Below are positions 1-8,637 of a stretch of 64,000 nucleotides of DNA, in pieces. Each line of letters begins with the position of its first letter. The first letter of the stretch is position 1. The notes under the pieces are model-generated. The model ran no database searches. It saw nothing but the letters and a program-made list of their open reading frames with translations, and was not told the DNA's origin. A program made the translations under genes and the position numbers. The DNA is from Candidatus Latescibacterota bacterium (lineage in GTDB: Bacteria; Latescibacterota; UBA2968): contig OZ241986.1 in assembly GCA_965204375.1 (NCBI GenBank), positions 2,368,001 to 2,432,000 of the forward strand. Direction: 5' to 3'.

Positions 1-736
1 TGACACTGTGCGTAATCGTCACCTGATCATCCACCACGGCATCATCGTCAGCAGCCGCACGCACCGTCACCGTCTGTGCCTCGTTCCAATTATCTGCTGT
101 GAATGTCAGACTCGTCGGACTTGCCGACACATCTGTCCCTGTCGGCACTGTCACTTCAACTGTCACAGACGCTGTCGGCTCAGAGTTCAGTTTCACAGTG
201 TATATGCCAGTGTTCCCCTCATCCACCGTCAGGCTGGTCGGAGCAACCAACACATTAGGCGTCTCATCATCAGTGATCGAGATTTCAGTAGCAGCATCTT
301 CTGTTATTCTGTAAGGCGCGTCGGCTATCCCGGAGAGTTCGAGAACGATAGTTTCCGTGCTCTCGGCGATGTCGTCGCCCACGATGGTGATGTCGAAGGA
401 AACGGAGGTCTGTTGCGCGGGAAGTTTGAGCGTCGTGGAAGGGAGCGTGTAGTCGGTGTTGGGAGTGGCCGTGCTTTCAGAGCCGATATTGATGGTGGCC
501 GTACTGGCCGTGATCAGTGCCGGGGTGATGTTTACCGTGAGGCTGAGGGTGGCGTCGCTGTTGGTTTCTGTGACGCTGTAGGTGGCTGCTGCCCAGCTAA
601 CCACAGGGGTCGTCTGCGCCGCGGCGGGGTTTGCGTCCAGCAGAAGGGCCAGCGCAACCAGCGCCCAGCGCAACGACATAGGATAGGAATCGCCTGTTTG
701 GGAAGCGCGAGATGGCTTTGAGAAGGCAGCACTCAT
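1..736 (-). CDS. Secreted surface/adhesin protein with Calx-beta domain and Ig/cadherin-like repeat (5' part; runs off window)
   Basis: Not in ORF track because it is open to the window edge. Manual translation: signal peptide MSLRWALVALALLLDANPAAAQ (ATG 679; in-frame ATG 736), Calx-beta-like VSWAAATYSVTE...DYTL...ITIVGDDIAESTETIVLEL, then SLTVDEG...YTVKLNSEPT...SLTFTADNWNEAQTVTV. Confidence 0.85.
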   Translation of the reverse strand, partial: MSAAFSKPSRASQTGDSYPMSLRWALVALALLLDANPAAAQTTPVVSWAAATYSVTETNSDATLSLTVNITPALITASTATINIGSESTATPNTDYTLPSTTLKLPAQQTSVSFDITIVGDDIAESTETIVLELSGIADAPYRITEDAATEISITDDETPNVLVAPTSLTVDEGNTGIYTVKLNSEPTASVTVEVTVPTGTDVSASPTSLTFTADNWNEAQTVTVRAAADDDAVVDDQVTITHSV

Positions 737-1000
737 TAGGGTTGACTTTTGGGTTATGAAGTAGCAACATTTTGGTACAACCTTAAAAACACACAAACAG
801 AGATGGTCTATTTGACACCACTCTATTTTGAGTACTCAGAGTGTGTAAAAGTGCCTACTGCTATCGCAGAGCAGATTGGGCAGATTATCTTTTTTATGCC
901 GCCTTTGTAAAAAGAGACTACAGATGACTTCAGGAGGGATAGCACGAACTATGGATATAGGTAATCTATATTCACTTTTGACACACTCTATATAGCATAC

Positions 1001-1017
1001 AGCAAAAAGTGTGCCAG
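1001..1017 (-). promoter_or_regulatory. Sigma-54 (-24/-12) promoter for the adhesin gene
   Basis: Minus strand CTGGCACACTTTTTGCT = TGGCAC-N5-TTGC with exact GG-N10-GC spacing; a sigma-54 activator is encoded divergently. Confidence 0.85.
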
Positions 1018-1092
1018 TTTATACCAAATGAGCTAATTCCTTGTAGATAAAGGAGTTGGGGCAGATGAGGTATGATTCTCAGATCTTTGAAT

Positions 1093-1246
1093 TGTTACAG
1101 AATGCGACACTACAAATTGCTCAGGAGTGCATATCTACTGAGTTAGGTATGAAACAAATATTTGTTTTATAGAGGATTTATGGAAAAATTAAAGGTGGGA
1201 TATAAGGATTTGTTGCCATTTGAAACAAATGTCGCATTTTACAACA
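1093..1246. promoter_or_regulatory. Three 17-bp imperfect palindromes, probable upstream activator sites for the enhancer-binding protein
   Basis: TGTTAC-AGAAT-GCGACA (1093-1109), TGTTGC-CATTT-GAAACA (1211-1227), TGTCGC-ATTTT-ACAACA (1230-1246); all TGT-N11-ACA, about 75-230 bp upstream of the -24 box. Confidence 0.7.
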
Positions 1247-1396
1247 AATATGGCAAATACGACCTCGTTCCAAAAAATTTTTCATTTTTTTGAAGGAAAT
1301 ATTCTATATTATGTCATGTGCGACTTTAAATAGACAGGAGGAGGTTCCTTGGGCATGTTGTAAAATTTCTATAAATTGTTTAAAAACAATATGTTA

Positions 1397-1409
1397 CCCC
1401 CCCCCCCCC
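1397..1409. repeat. Homopolymer C13 tract in AT-rich regulatory region
   Basis: 13 consecutive C directly visible. Confidence 0.9.
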
Positions 1410-1678
1410 GAATTTTTCAAATTCAGAATCGCTATCTTATGCGATTTTTTTGTACTGCCCGCTGAGATAACTCTAAAAATTATCACACCCAATCTGTCCA
1501 TATTTATTCGGTATTACTCTATGGACATTTTGAAGTCACACATCGCGTACTTTTCTGTATTGGTTATAGCACTCTGGGATATTGCGATGGCACTGCTTTC
1601 CACGACCTGAGTGGATACCACAACGCACTGTAAAAGTGTAGAAATTTAAAAAAGTCACTCCAACAGGATGCGAATAGT

Positions 1679-3790
1679 ATGACCGATGCAAAAATAATGA
1701 TTGTCGAAGACAATGCCTCCGGCGTTGCCCACCTTGAAGAATGCCTGAAAAACCTGGGATACACAGTGTGCGCTGCAGTTTCGTGCGGACGTCAAGCCCT
1801 TGAAAAAGCCGCGGACACGCATCCCGACCTGGCCCTGGTCAATCTCTGTCTCGAAGGGGAGATCACAGGCCCGGAAATAGCCGAGCAGATCGGCAGCCGG
1901 TTCGACATTCCCGTGTTATATCTGACTGACGAAGCCGAGGGAGACCTGTTGCAACAGGCACAGGCGACCACTCCCTTCGGCTATGTGCTGAGACCCTTCG
2001 AGGAGCAACAACTCCACCTGAACATCCTGACTGCCCTCGCGATGCACAAGAAGGAACGCCGGCACAAAGAGACAGAGGTCAGGTTGAAACAGACAATCAA
2101 CAAATTGGAAGATTTCACCCACCTCATGGAAGCGGTATTCAACAGCATGAATGAAGGTGTGGTTGCGGTTGATGAAAACAGGATGCTCATGTTTTACAAT
2201 TCAAGCGCGGGGCGGATCGCCGGGGAGCATCCAGAGCCAGTAGAGGCAGATATCTACACATGGGCCGAAAGGTACGGTGTTTTCAAGCCCGATGGAGAAC
2301 TATTTGGTTCGTTGGATGATAGTCCGATTGGCATTTCTTTGAAAGGCGGAACAACGGACGAAGTCGAGGTACTCATACGCAATGAATTTAAGCCTGAAGG
2401 CGTTCACATCAGGGTTAACAGCAGACCTCTGCTGAGAGAAACAGGTGTTTTGAAAGGGGCCGTGATCGTCTTCCGCGACATCACCACGGAAAAAAAAGTA
2501 ACCGCGGAATTGGACAAAACAATGGGGGAGTTACGCTATCAAAGCGAACTCATGGAAACCTCGTTCAAGAGCATCAGCGACGGCATAGTCGTCGCCGACG
2601 CCGAGGGGAAATTCCTCTACGTCAATCCCGGTGCCGAACACATCGTCGGGATGGGCATAACGGACGGAACCCTGAATGAATGGGTCAAAAAATACGGCAT
2701 TTACTATCCCGACCGGGAAACACCGCTGAAAACGGAGGCTCTGCCCCTGGTCCGCGCCATACACCACGGCGAATCGACAGATGAGCAAGATCTGTTCATA
2801 CGCAACCGAAACAGGCCGGCCGGTGTTTTTATCCGTATGAGCGGATGGCCGCTACTCGATAATACAGGCGGGATCAGGGGAGGTGTAATCATTTTCCGCG
2901 ACGTTACCAGGAGCGTGCTCGCCGAGGAGGCTCTGGATCGGGCATTCGCGCAAGGGCGCATGGAGATCGTGGATACCATTCTCCACAACATCGGCAACGC
3001 CATCACCAGTGTCACCACGGGTATTGAGACTGTACGCAGGAACCTGACGAATGATCAAGCCGGACGCCGTCTTTCCGCGCTGGCCATGGCGATAAAGGCG
3101 CACCGGGAAGACTGGACCAATTACATCGAGAATGACCCGCAGGGCCAGAAGGTTATGCCGTTCATCATCGAACTTGCCGAAGACTTCTCCAGGCAGAACG
3201 AAGAACTGATGAAGACGGTCAGTCGCGTCAGGGACAGGGCGAATCGCATCGCCGATATCATCCGCACACAAAAGACACTCGACAGTGCCAACATGGATCG
3301 CAAGGACATCGACCTTCAAGACGCGCTCTCGAGTCCTTTCAGGGTATTGAGAGATTCGCTCAACAAAAGGGGGATCCATACCAGCATCGACTGCGAAAAC
3401 GCACCGCAGGAAATTCGTATCCAAGAGAGCCAGTTTCACCAGATGCTGATCAACCTGGTTAAAAATTCGATTGAAGCCATTGATGATCTCGCAGGTACTC
3501 ATGGATTCGACGAAACGCCCCGTATTGGGATAGAGGCCAGCATCAGAGACGATTTTTTTTATCTACAAGTAATCGACAACGGCATCGGCATAAAAAATAA
3601 AGACACCAGGGTGATCTTCTCCCCTAATTATACCACAAAAGAATCTGGGACCGGGCTCGGTCTCCATTCGGCGGCCAATTTCGTCATTGCTTCGGGTGGA
3701 AAAATTCAGGCTTTGAGCGAGGGCACTGGTAAGGGCACGACGATGCGCATCATGCTGCCGCTTTCCTCGGTGACGACCAGTGACGGTTGA
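1679..3790 (+). CDS. Cytoplasmic histidine kinase: degenerate REC - PAS - PAS - HisKA - HATPase
   Basis: N-terminal receiver fold (IMIVEDN), two PAS repeats ending VIVFRDIT/VIIFRDVT, H-box TILHNIGN, N-box NLVKNS, DNGIG and GTGLGL; no transmembrane helix. Confidence 0.92.
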   Translation: MTDAKIMIVEDNASGVAHLEECLKNLGYTVCAAVSCGRQALEKAADTHPDLALVNLCLEGEITGPEIAEQIGSRFDIPVLYLTDEAEGDLLQQAQATTPFGYVLRPFEEQQLHLNILTALAMHKKERRHKETEVRLKQTINKLEDFTHLMEAVFNSMNEGVVAVDENRMLMFYNSSAGRIAGEHPEPVEADIYTWAERYGVFKPDGELFGSLDDSPIGISLKGGTTDEVEVLIRNEFKPEGVHIRVNSRPLLRETGVLKGAVIVFRDITTEKKVTAELDKTMGELRYQSELMETSFKSISDGIVVADAEGKFLYVNPGAEHIVGMGITDGTLNEWVKKYGIYYPDRETPLKTEALPLVRAIHHGESTDEQDLFIRNRNRPAGVFIRMSGWPLLDNTGGIRGGVIIFRDVTRSVLAEEALDRAFAQGRMEIVDTILHNIGNAITSVTTGIETVRRNLTNDQAGRRLSALAMAIKAHREDWTNYIENDPQGQKVMPFIIELAEDFSRQNEELMKTVSRVRDRANRIADIIRTQKTLDSANMDRKDIDLQDALSSPFRVLRDSLNKRGIHTSIDCENAPQEIRIQESQFHQMLINLVKNSIEAIDDLAGTHGFDETPRIGIEASIRDDFFYLQVIDNGIGIKNKDTRVIFSPNYTTKESGTGLGLHSAANFVIASGGKIQALSEGTGKGTTMRIMLPLSSVTTSDG

Positions 3791-3812
3791 TTGAACGTTG
3801 AGAGGATGCTTT

Positions 3813-5675
3813 ATGAAATACGAGAACAACCGCGTCCTGATCGTCGATGATCAGCGCGAGATCCACGACGACTTCACAGAAATGTTGCGTATTGCGCCGC
3901 CGTCAGCCAATGACCTGACGGCGGCGTTCATGCACGAGGAAGAGGAAAACTTTTTGCCGGAGTTCGAGCTTCTGCACGCGAACAACGGCGAGGAAGCATA
4001 TAAAATCATCGCGACGGGAAAGGAATCGAACCGTCCCATCGCCGTCGCTTACATCGACATCAGAATGCCTCCGGGCATTGATGGTATAGAGACGATCCGC
4101 CGGGCGAGAAGAATCGACCGCGATATTGAGGTCGTCATCATGACCGCGTACACCGACAAATCGCTACCCGAGATCGTCCAGGACATGGAATTGCTGCACA
4201 AACTGCTCTATATCAGAAAACCTTTTACGCACGAGGAGATACAGCAGATCACCCTGTCCCTGGTTGGGAAGTGGAACATCGAACAGGAACTATCAGATAA
4301 ACGGCGGCAACTCACCACCAGTCACCGGAGACTGGAAGCTGTACTCAATGCTACTGGAGACGCCATTGCGATGCACAATAGCGCTGGATACCTGATCTTC
4401 GCCAACCAGTTGTACGAGAGACTACTGGGTCTGAAGGAAAGCGAACTAAAGAAAATGCCACCCCGCGATATCGAAGCGCGTATCAAAGAGCTGTTCCGGG
4501 ATCCAGATCTGGGCGACATGGCGGGAAATTTCCCGCTCAATGGCGGCAAAGTGGTGAAAACGACCAGCGAGGGACTGAAGTCGAGGCTGTTCTATTGCTC
4601 TACCGCACCGGTGTGCGACATCCGGGAAGAGGTGATCGGCAACCTCGCCGTGTATCGGGATGTGTCAAAGGAGATTGAGGTCGAGCAAGTGAAGGCCGAG
4701 TTGCTGCGCTTGCGCGCCGAACGACCTGCTTTATTTCCCGACCTGATCGGCACCAGCTCCGTAATGCAGCAGATGTACGCGCTGATGCAGCAGGCCGCCG
4801 AAAGCGATATCACAGTGTTCATTCGCGGCGAGAGCGGCACAGGTAAGGAATTGGTAGCCAACTCATTGCACGCCAACGGCCCGCGCAAGGATGGGCCGTT
4901 CGTAGCTCTCGATTGCGCCGCCATTCCCGAAACACTCATCGAAAGCGTGTTGTTCGGACATGAACGAGGGGCTTTCACGGGAGCGATAACGCAGAGAATC
5001 GGGGCCTTCATGCGCGCCAATGGAGGCACGCTCTTTCTCGACGAGATCGGCGACATGCCGTATAGCCTGCAAGGCAAGCTATTGCGCGTTTTGCAGGAAC
5101 GGGAAATCCAGCGGATCGGAGGAATAGATCCCATTCCCATCGACATTCGCGTGATAACAGCGACCAACAAGGACCTGGAGCGCGCAGTAAGAGAGGGCAA
5201 GTTCCGCCAGGATCTGTTCTATCGCATCGCTGCCTTCCCCATCCCGATTCCACCGCTGAGAGATCGGCCTGAAGATATTTCCCTGCTGGTCAAGCATTTT
5301 CTCGAAAAATATACTGTCCAGACCGGCAAATCCATAAGCGGCATTTCTCCCCTTGCCCTGCGCCTGTTGCTGCAGTACGATTGGCCGGGCAATGTGCGCG
5401 AGCTGGAGAACGCGATAGCGCGCGCTGTGTTGTTGGAGACGACCGGGGTGCTGCAAGCAGATAACCTGCCGTCTCAGCTATCGTCGACCGTTGCTTCGAA
5501 AAGAGACCTCTCGGCATCACTGGAGATCCTGCCACTGGCCGAGATCGAGCGACAGGCCCTGATCCATGCGATCAACGCCACGGACAACAACATGACTCAG
5601 GCCGCCCAGGCACTGGGTATTAATCGGACGACCCTGTACCGGAAGTTAAAGAAATACAACATTGTCAGAGGTTGA
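3813..5675 (+). CDS. Sigma-54-dependent response regulator (REC-PAS-AAA+-Fis HTH)
   Basis: REC (LIVDD, YIDIRMP, RKPF), Walker A GESGTGKE, GAFTGA, LFLDEIG, WPGNVREL, HTH AAQALGINRTTLYRKL; ATG 3813 follows AGAGG. Confidence 0.95.
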   Translation: MKYENNRVLIVDDQREIHDDFTEMLRIAPPSANDLTAAFMHEEEENFLPEFELLHANNGEEAYKIIATGKESNRPIAVAYIDIRMPPGIDGIETIRRARRIDRDIEVVIMTAYTDKSLPEIVQDMELLHKLLYIRKPFTHEEIQQITLSLVGKWNIEQELSDKRRQLTTSHRRLEAVLNATGDAIAMHNSAGYLIFANQLYERLLGLKESELKKMPPRDIEARIKELFRDPDLGDMAGNFPLNGGKVVKTTSEGLKSRLFYCSTAPVCDIREEVIGNLAVYRDVSKEIEVEQVKAELLRLRAERPALFPDLIGTSSVMQQMYALMQQAAESDITVFIRGESGTGKELVANSLHANGPRKDGPFVALDCAAIPETLIESVLFGHERGAFTGAITQRIGAFMRANGGTLFLDEIGDMPYSLQGKLLRVLQEREIQRIGGIDPIPIDIRVITATNKDLERAVREGKFRQDLFYRIAAFPIPIPPLRDRPEDISLLVKHFLEKYTVQTGKSISGISPLALRLLLQYDWPGNVRELENAIARAVLLETTGVLQADNLPSQLSSTVASKRDLSASLEILPLAEIERQALIHAINATDNNMTQAAQALGINRTTLYRKLKKYNIVRG

Positions 5676-5728
5676 ACCGGGCAGGCGATCAGGGTCGTGT
5701 ACATATTTTATGTTGTACAATAAAAAAA

Positions 5729-5813
5729 TGCCGAGAACGGGACTCGAACCCGTACGGGCGATTAGCCCAAGGGATTTTAAGTCCCTCGTGTCTACCAATT
5801 CCACCATCTCGGC
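5729..5813 (-). tRNA. tRNA-Leu(TAA)
   Basis: GCCGAGATGGTGGAATTGGTAGACACGAGGGACTTAAAATCCCT...GGTTCGAGTCCCGTTCTCGGCA; long variable arm; CCA not encoded. Confidence 0.96.
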
Positions 5814-5824
5814 ACTATATAAAA

Positions 5825-5853
5825 AAAATAGTTAAAGGTGTCCTGCTTGTCAA
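5825..5853 (-). promoter_or_regulatory. Sigma-70-type promoter of tRNA-Leu(TAA)
   Basis: TTGACA-17 bp-TATTTT just upstream of the tRNA. Confidence 0.7.
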
Positions 5854-5875
5854 ACACGCAATTTCCCATACGAGT

Positions 5876-5909
5876 AACCGGTCAATCTCGTCATCGAAAT
5901 TGACCGGTT
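5876..5909. terminator. Hairpin downstream of tRNA-Cys (terminator or REP-like palindrome)
   Basis: AACCGGTCAAT...ATTGACCGGTT perfect 11-bp inverted repeat. Confidence 0.55.
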
Positions 5910-5915
5910 GATTTT

Positions 5916-5989
5916 TGGAGGTGCCGGGCGGATTCGAACCGCCGATAAAGGCTTTGCAGGCCTCTGCCTTACCGCTTGGCCACGGCACC
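5916..5989 (-). tRNA. tRNA-Cys(GCA)
   Basis: GGTGCCGTGGCCAAGCGGTAAGGCAGAGGCCTGCAAAGCCTT...GGTTCGAATCCGCCCGGCACCTCCA. Confidence 0.96.
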
Positions 5990-6016
5990 CGATACGTATT
6001 TGATCTGCGAAACGTT

Positions 6017-6045
6017 AAAATACCGTACTTTATATCGAATGTCAA
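6017..6045 (-). promoter_or_regulatory. Sigma-70-type promoter of tRNA-Cys
   Basis: TTGACA-17 bp-TATTTT. Confidence 0.7.
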
Positions 6046-6055
6046 GGGGTGGACA

Positions 6056-6709
6056 TTAACGCGCAGCCCAGTTAATACCGCGCCGCTGGATCTCCTTTGC
6101 CTCTGGAACATCGAAATCCACGGCTTTGTGCCCCAAGGAAGAGTAAAACACGCGCCCCTGTCCCCACATGCGCTTCCAAACCACCGGCATCACACAACCA
6201 TTGACCCAGGGGGCCACATCGGTCTCAAATGTCGTTGTCACCAGCACCTCATTACCCGGATCGGTATGCATATAATACTGCTCGGAATGCATCGCAAAAT
6301 CGCTCAGACCCGCCACAATCGGATCACCCGCTTTTTCCGGCACAATATTGACCTCATAATCGATCACCCCACCCGGGTGCGACACCCACTGCCCGCCCGT
6401 CATCCACTGATAGCCCGTATTATTGCGAAACGCATCGCACATCCCACCGTGCCACCCGGCCAATCCAACGCCACTCTTAACCGCCCCTTGAAGCCCCTGT
6501 TCCTGTTCTTTCTCAATACTCCCCATCGTCCAACAAGGCACAACAACGCTCAGTTCCGACATGTAATCCGCATCCGTATAAACATCCATTAAATCGCGAA
6601 CATCCACGTCAAACCCATCTGCTTCCAGCAACGGCGCAAAAATATCCACACATTCCTTTGGCTCGTGCCCGGCCCAACCACCCCATACCATCAAAGCTTT
6701 TCTGCTCAT
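6056..6709 (-). CDS. ThuA-like (trehalose utilisation) domain protein
   Basis: [37 protein letters not shown]. Confidence 0.9.
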   Translation of the reverse strand: MSRKALMVWGGWAGHEPKECVDIFAPLLEADGFDVDVRDLMDVYTDADYMSELSVVVPCWTMGSIEKEQEQGLQGAVKSGVGLAGWHGGMCDAFRNNTGYQWMTGGQWVSHPGGVIDYEVNIVPEKAGDPIVAGLSDFAMHSEQYYMHTDPGNEVLVTTTFETDVAPWVNGCVMPVVWKRMWGQGRVFYSSLGHKAVDFDVPEAKEIQRRGINWAAR

Positions 6710-6734
6710 CTTTGTCTCCTTTTTGGAAAATCTA

Positions 6735-7790
6735 TCAACTGTCCAGCGTAAAAGAAAGGCCTCTTTCTTCTGCTGTTTTCTTCAAATCATTTAACGTAAC
6801 CATATTCAAGGGTATGCCCTGCGTGCGATACGCGTTGCGCCGCAGAGCTTCGGGTTCACCAGGAGCAAATAGCCGATCCACCCCAGGTGCCCTTTTGCAG
6901 GCGTGAATCTGCTGAATCGCACTGTCAACCCGCGCCTTGAATCGCGCCACATCTTCAAAAGCACCCACCCGAATAGCCGCCACAAAATGACCATCTTCAC
7001 CTGCCTGTGGTCCATCTTCCATATTGCCCAATTCGGTGCCATAGCTCGCGCCGGACAACATAGAAGACAAAATCCCCATCACCATTGCCAGCGCCACACC
7101 CTTAAATTGTCCAATCGGCATCAACAGGCCATCTATCGCCTTTACGGGATCGGTCGTCGGCACCCCGTCTGCATCCATAGCCCACCCTTCTGGCAGGGTC
7201 AGTCCTTTTTGTTGATATACGCGGATTTTCCCATGTGCAGAGCCAGAAAACGCCGCGTCAAAAACAATGGGAAATTCCCCACCAGCGGGAATCGCCACAC
7301 TCAAGGGATTGATACCCAGGATACGCTCGGCACCTCCCCACGGAGCCATTGTGGGCAGAGCATTGGTCGTCGCAACCCCAATCATATCGCAATCCAGGGC
7401 CATACGCGCAAAATACCCCACGGCACCGCAGTGATTACTGCCCCGAATACCCGCGGCCGCTATACCAATATCCCGAGCGCGAGCAATCACCTGCTGCATC
7501 GCAAACGCCATCCCAATCTGCCCCATAGAATTGCCCCCATCCACCACCAGACACGCCCCATTATCCTTCACCACCTCGGCTTTGCCATCTGGGTCCACGC
7601 CATCAACCGTCAACTTCCCCACGTATTCGGGAACGCGCAATACCCCGTGCGAATGTACCCCGCCGAGGTCGGCATCCACCAGCGAATCCGCCAACAGATG
7701 TGCATCCCCTGCATACATCCCACACGTCTCAAAAATCGCCTGCACCAGATCCAACAGCGCCCCAGCAGCCACACGCCTTTCATTCTCCAT
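6735..7790 (-). CDS. Ldh_2 family (type 2 malate/L-lactate/ureidoglycolate) dehydrogenase
   Basis: [45 protein letters not shown]. Confidence 0.9.
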   Translation of the reverse strand: MENERRVAAGALLDLVQAIFETCGMYAGDAHLLADSLVDADLGGVHSHGVLRVPEYVGKLTVDGVDPDGKAEVVKDNGACLVVDGGNSMGQIGMAFAMQQVIARARDIGIAAAGIRGSNHCGAVGYFARMALDCDMIGVATTNALPTMAPWGGAERILGINPLSVAIPAGGEFPIVFDAAFSGSAHGKIRVYQQKGLTLPEGWAMDADGVPTTDPVKAIDGLLMPIGQFKGVALAMVMGILSSMLSGASYGTELGNMEDGPQAGEDGHFVAAIRVGAFEDVARFKARVDSAIQQIHACKRAPGVDRLFAPGEPEALRRNAYRTQGIPLNMVTLNDLKKTAEERGLSFTLDS

Positions 7791-7801
7791 TGCACTATCC
7801 C

Positions 7802-8539
7802 TCAATGCTTACACGCTACATGTCGATCTTTGTATATCCCCTTTAGAAACTTTTCTGGATTGAGTTCTTCTGGCAAATAATGCCATGCCGTACTATAGCG
7901 CGTGCGATTGCTGTGGTTATCATAAGCACCGTGAAGGAGATTGGCGGAAAACAGAACAACAGTACCAGCGGGAATGACCAGATCCACAGCCTGCGATTCA
8001 TCGACCTGTGTCCAACTGCCGTGCCTACCTATATTTCTGCGATGCTCCATAATCTCACCCATCCGGTGGCTACCGGGCACCACCCGCAAACACCCATTCT
8101 CCAAATCTGAATCTTCCAGATAAATCCCGCAACTGATAATGCGATCCGTATCGGTCCCAAAATAAAAATTGTCCTGATGCCAGCCCGTTGACGTACCGCC
8201 ATTGGGCAACTTGGGAAAAAACTTGGTACCAAACAAATCGATATTTTCACCAATCAACGCCGCCACGCGTTCTAAAATCGCCGGTTCTCGCGCCAGTTCC
8301 AACACGCGGGAATCAACCACGCAAACACCCTGAATTTTGTGCAACAAACCCGCCCGGGGTTCACCGCGCTCGTCTAACTCGAGCGTCCAGTGCGGCACCT
8401 CCTCGGTCAATTTACTACCCTCTGCGACCAGTTCATCAAACACCTGTTTGTAATAGGCCAATCGCTCGCCCTGAATCAGGCTCTCAAAAACGAGATACCC
8501 ATCTCCTCGAAACTGCTGCACCTGTTCCTCGGTCAACAT
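7802..8539 (-). CDS. Phytanoyl-CoA dioxygenase (PhyH) family Fe(II)/2OG enzyme
   Basis: WHQD, ENGCLRVVPGSH, LLHG...NHSNRTR. Confidence 0.92.
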   Translation of the reverse strand: MLTEEQVQQFRGDGYLVFESLIQGERLAYYKQVFDELVAEGSKLTEEVPHWTLELDERGEPRAGLLHKIQGVCVVDSRVLELAREPAILERVAALIGENIDLFGTKFFPKLPNGGTSTGWHQDNFYFGTDTDRIISCGIYLEDSDLENGCLRVVPGSHRMGEIMEHRRNIGRHGSWTQVDESQAVDLVIPAGTVVLFSANLLHGAYDNHSNRTRYSTAWHYLPEELNPEKFLKGIYKDRHVACKH

Positions 8540-8555
8540 AAACCCCTCCTTCAAT

Positions 8556-8637
8556 CAGGATTTCCAAAATACCACAGGATACTCCCCTCTCCCGCCTATT
8601 CTCCGCGTCATCTGTGTCATCTGTTTAATCCGCGTTT
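8556..8637. repeat. Degenerate 9-bp tandem arrays (CAGGATnnn arm; TCYGYGTCA arm) overlapping a stop codon
   Basis: TCCGCGTCA TCTGTGTCA TCTGTTTAA TCCGCGTTT (8602-8637) and CAGGAT..CAAAAT..CAGGAT (8556-8580). Confidence 0.55.

Noticed and set aside
8-721. 237-aa plus-strand ORF
   Set aside because: Antisense shadow of the minus-strand Calx-beta gene; His/Arg/Cys-rich with no recognisable motif.
1588-1603. TGGCAC upstream of the kinase as a second sigma-54 promoter
   Set aside because: No GC at the required GG-N10-GC spacing.
1290-1610. 106-aa ORF across the poly-C tract
   Set aside because: TTG start in AT-rich regulatory DNA; the poly-Pro comes only from the C run; no family motif.
5672-6111. 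Short ORFs overlapping the tRNAs
   Set aside because: Explained by tRNA-Leu, tRNA-Cys and their promoters.
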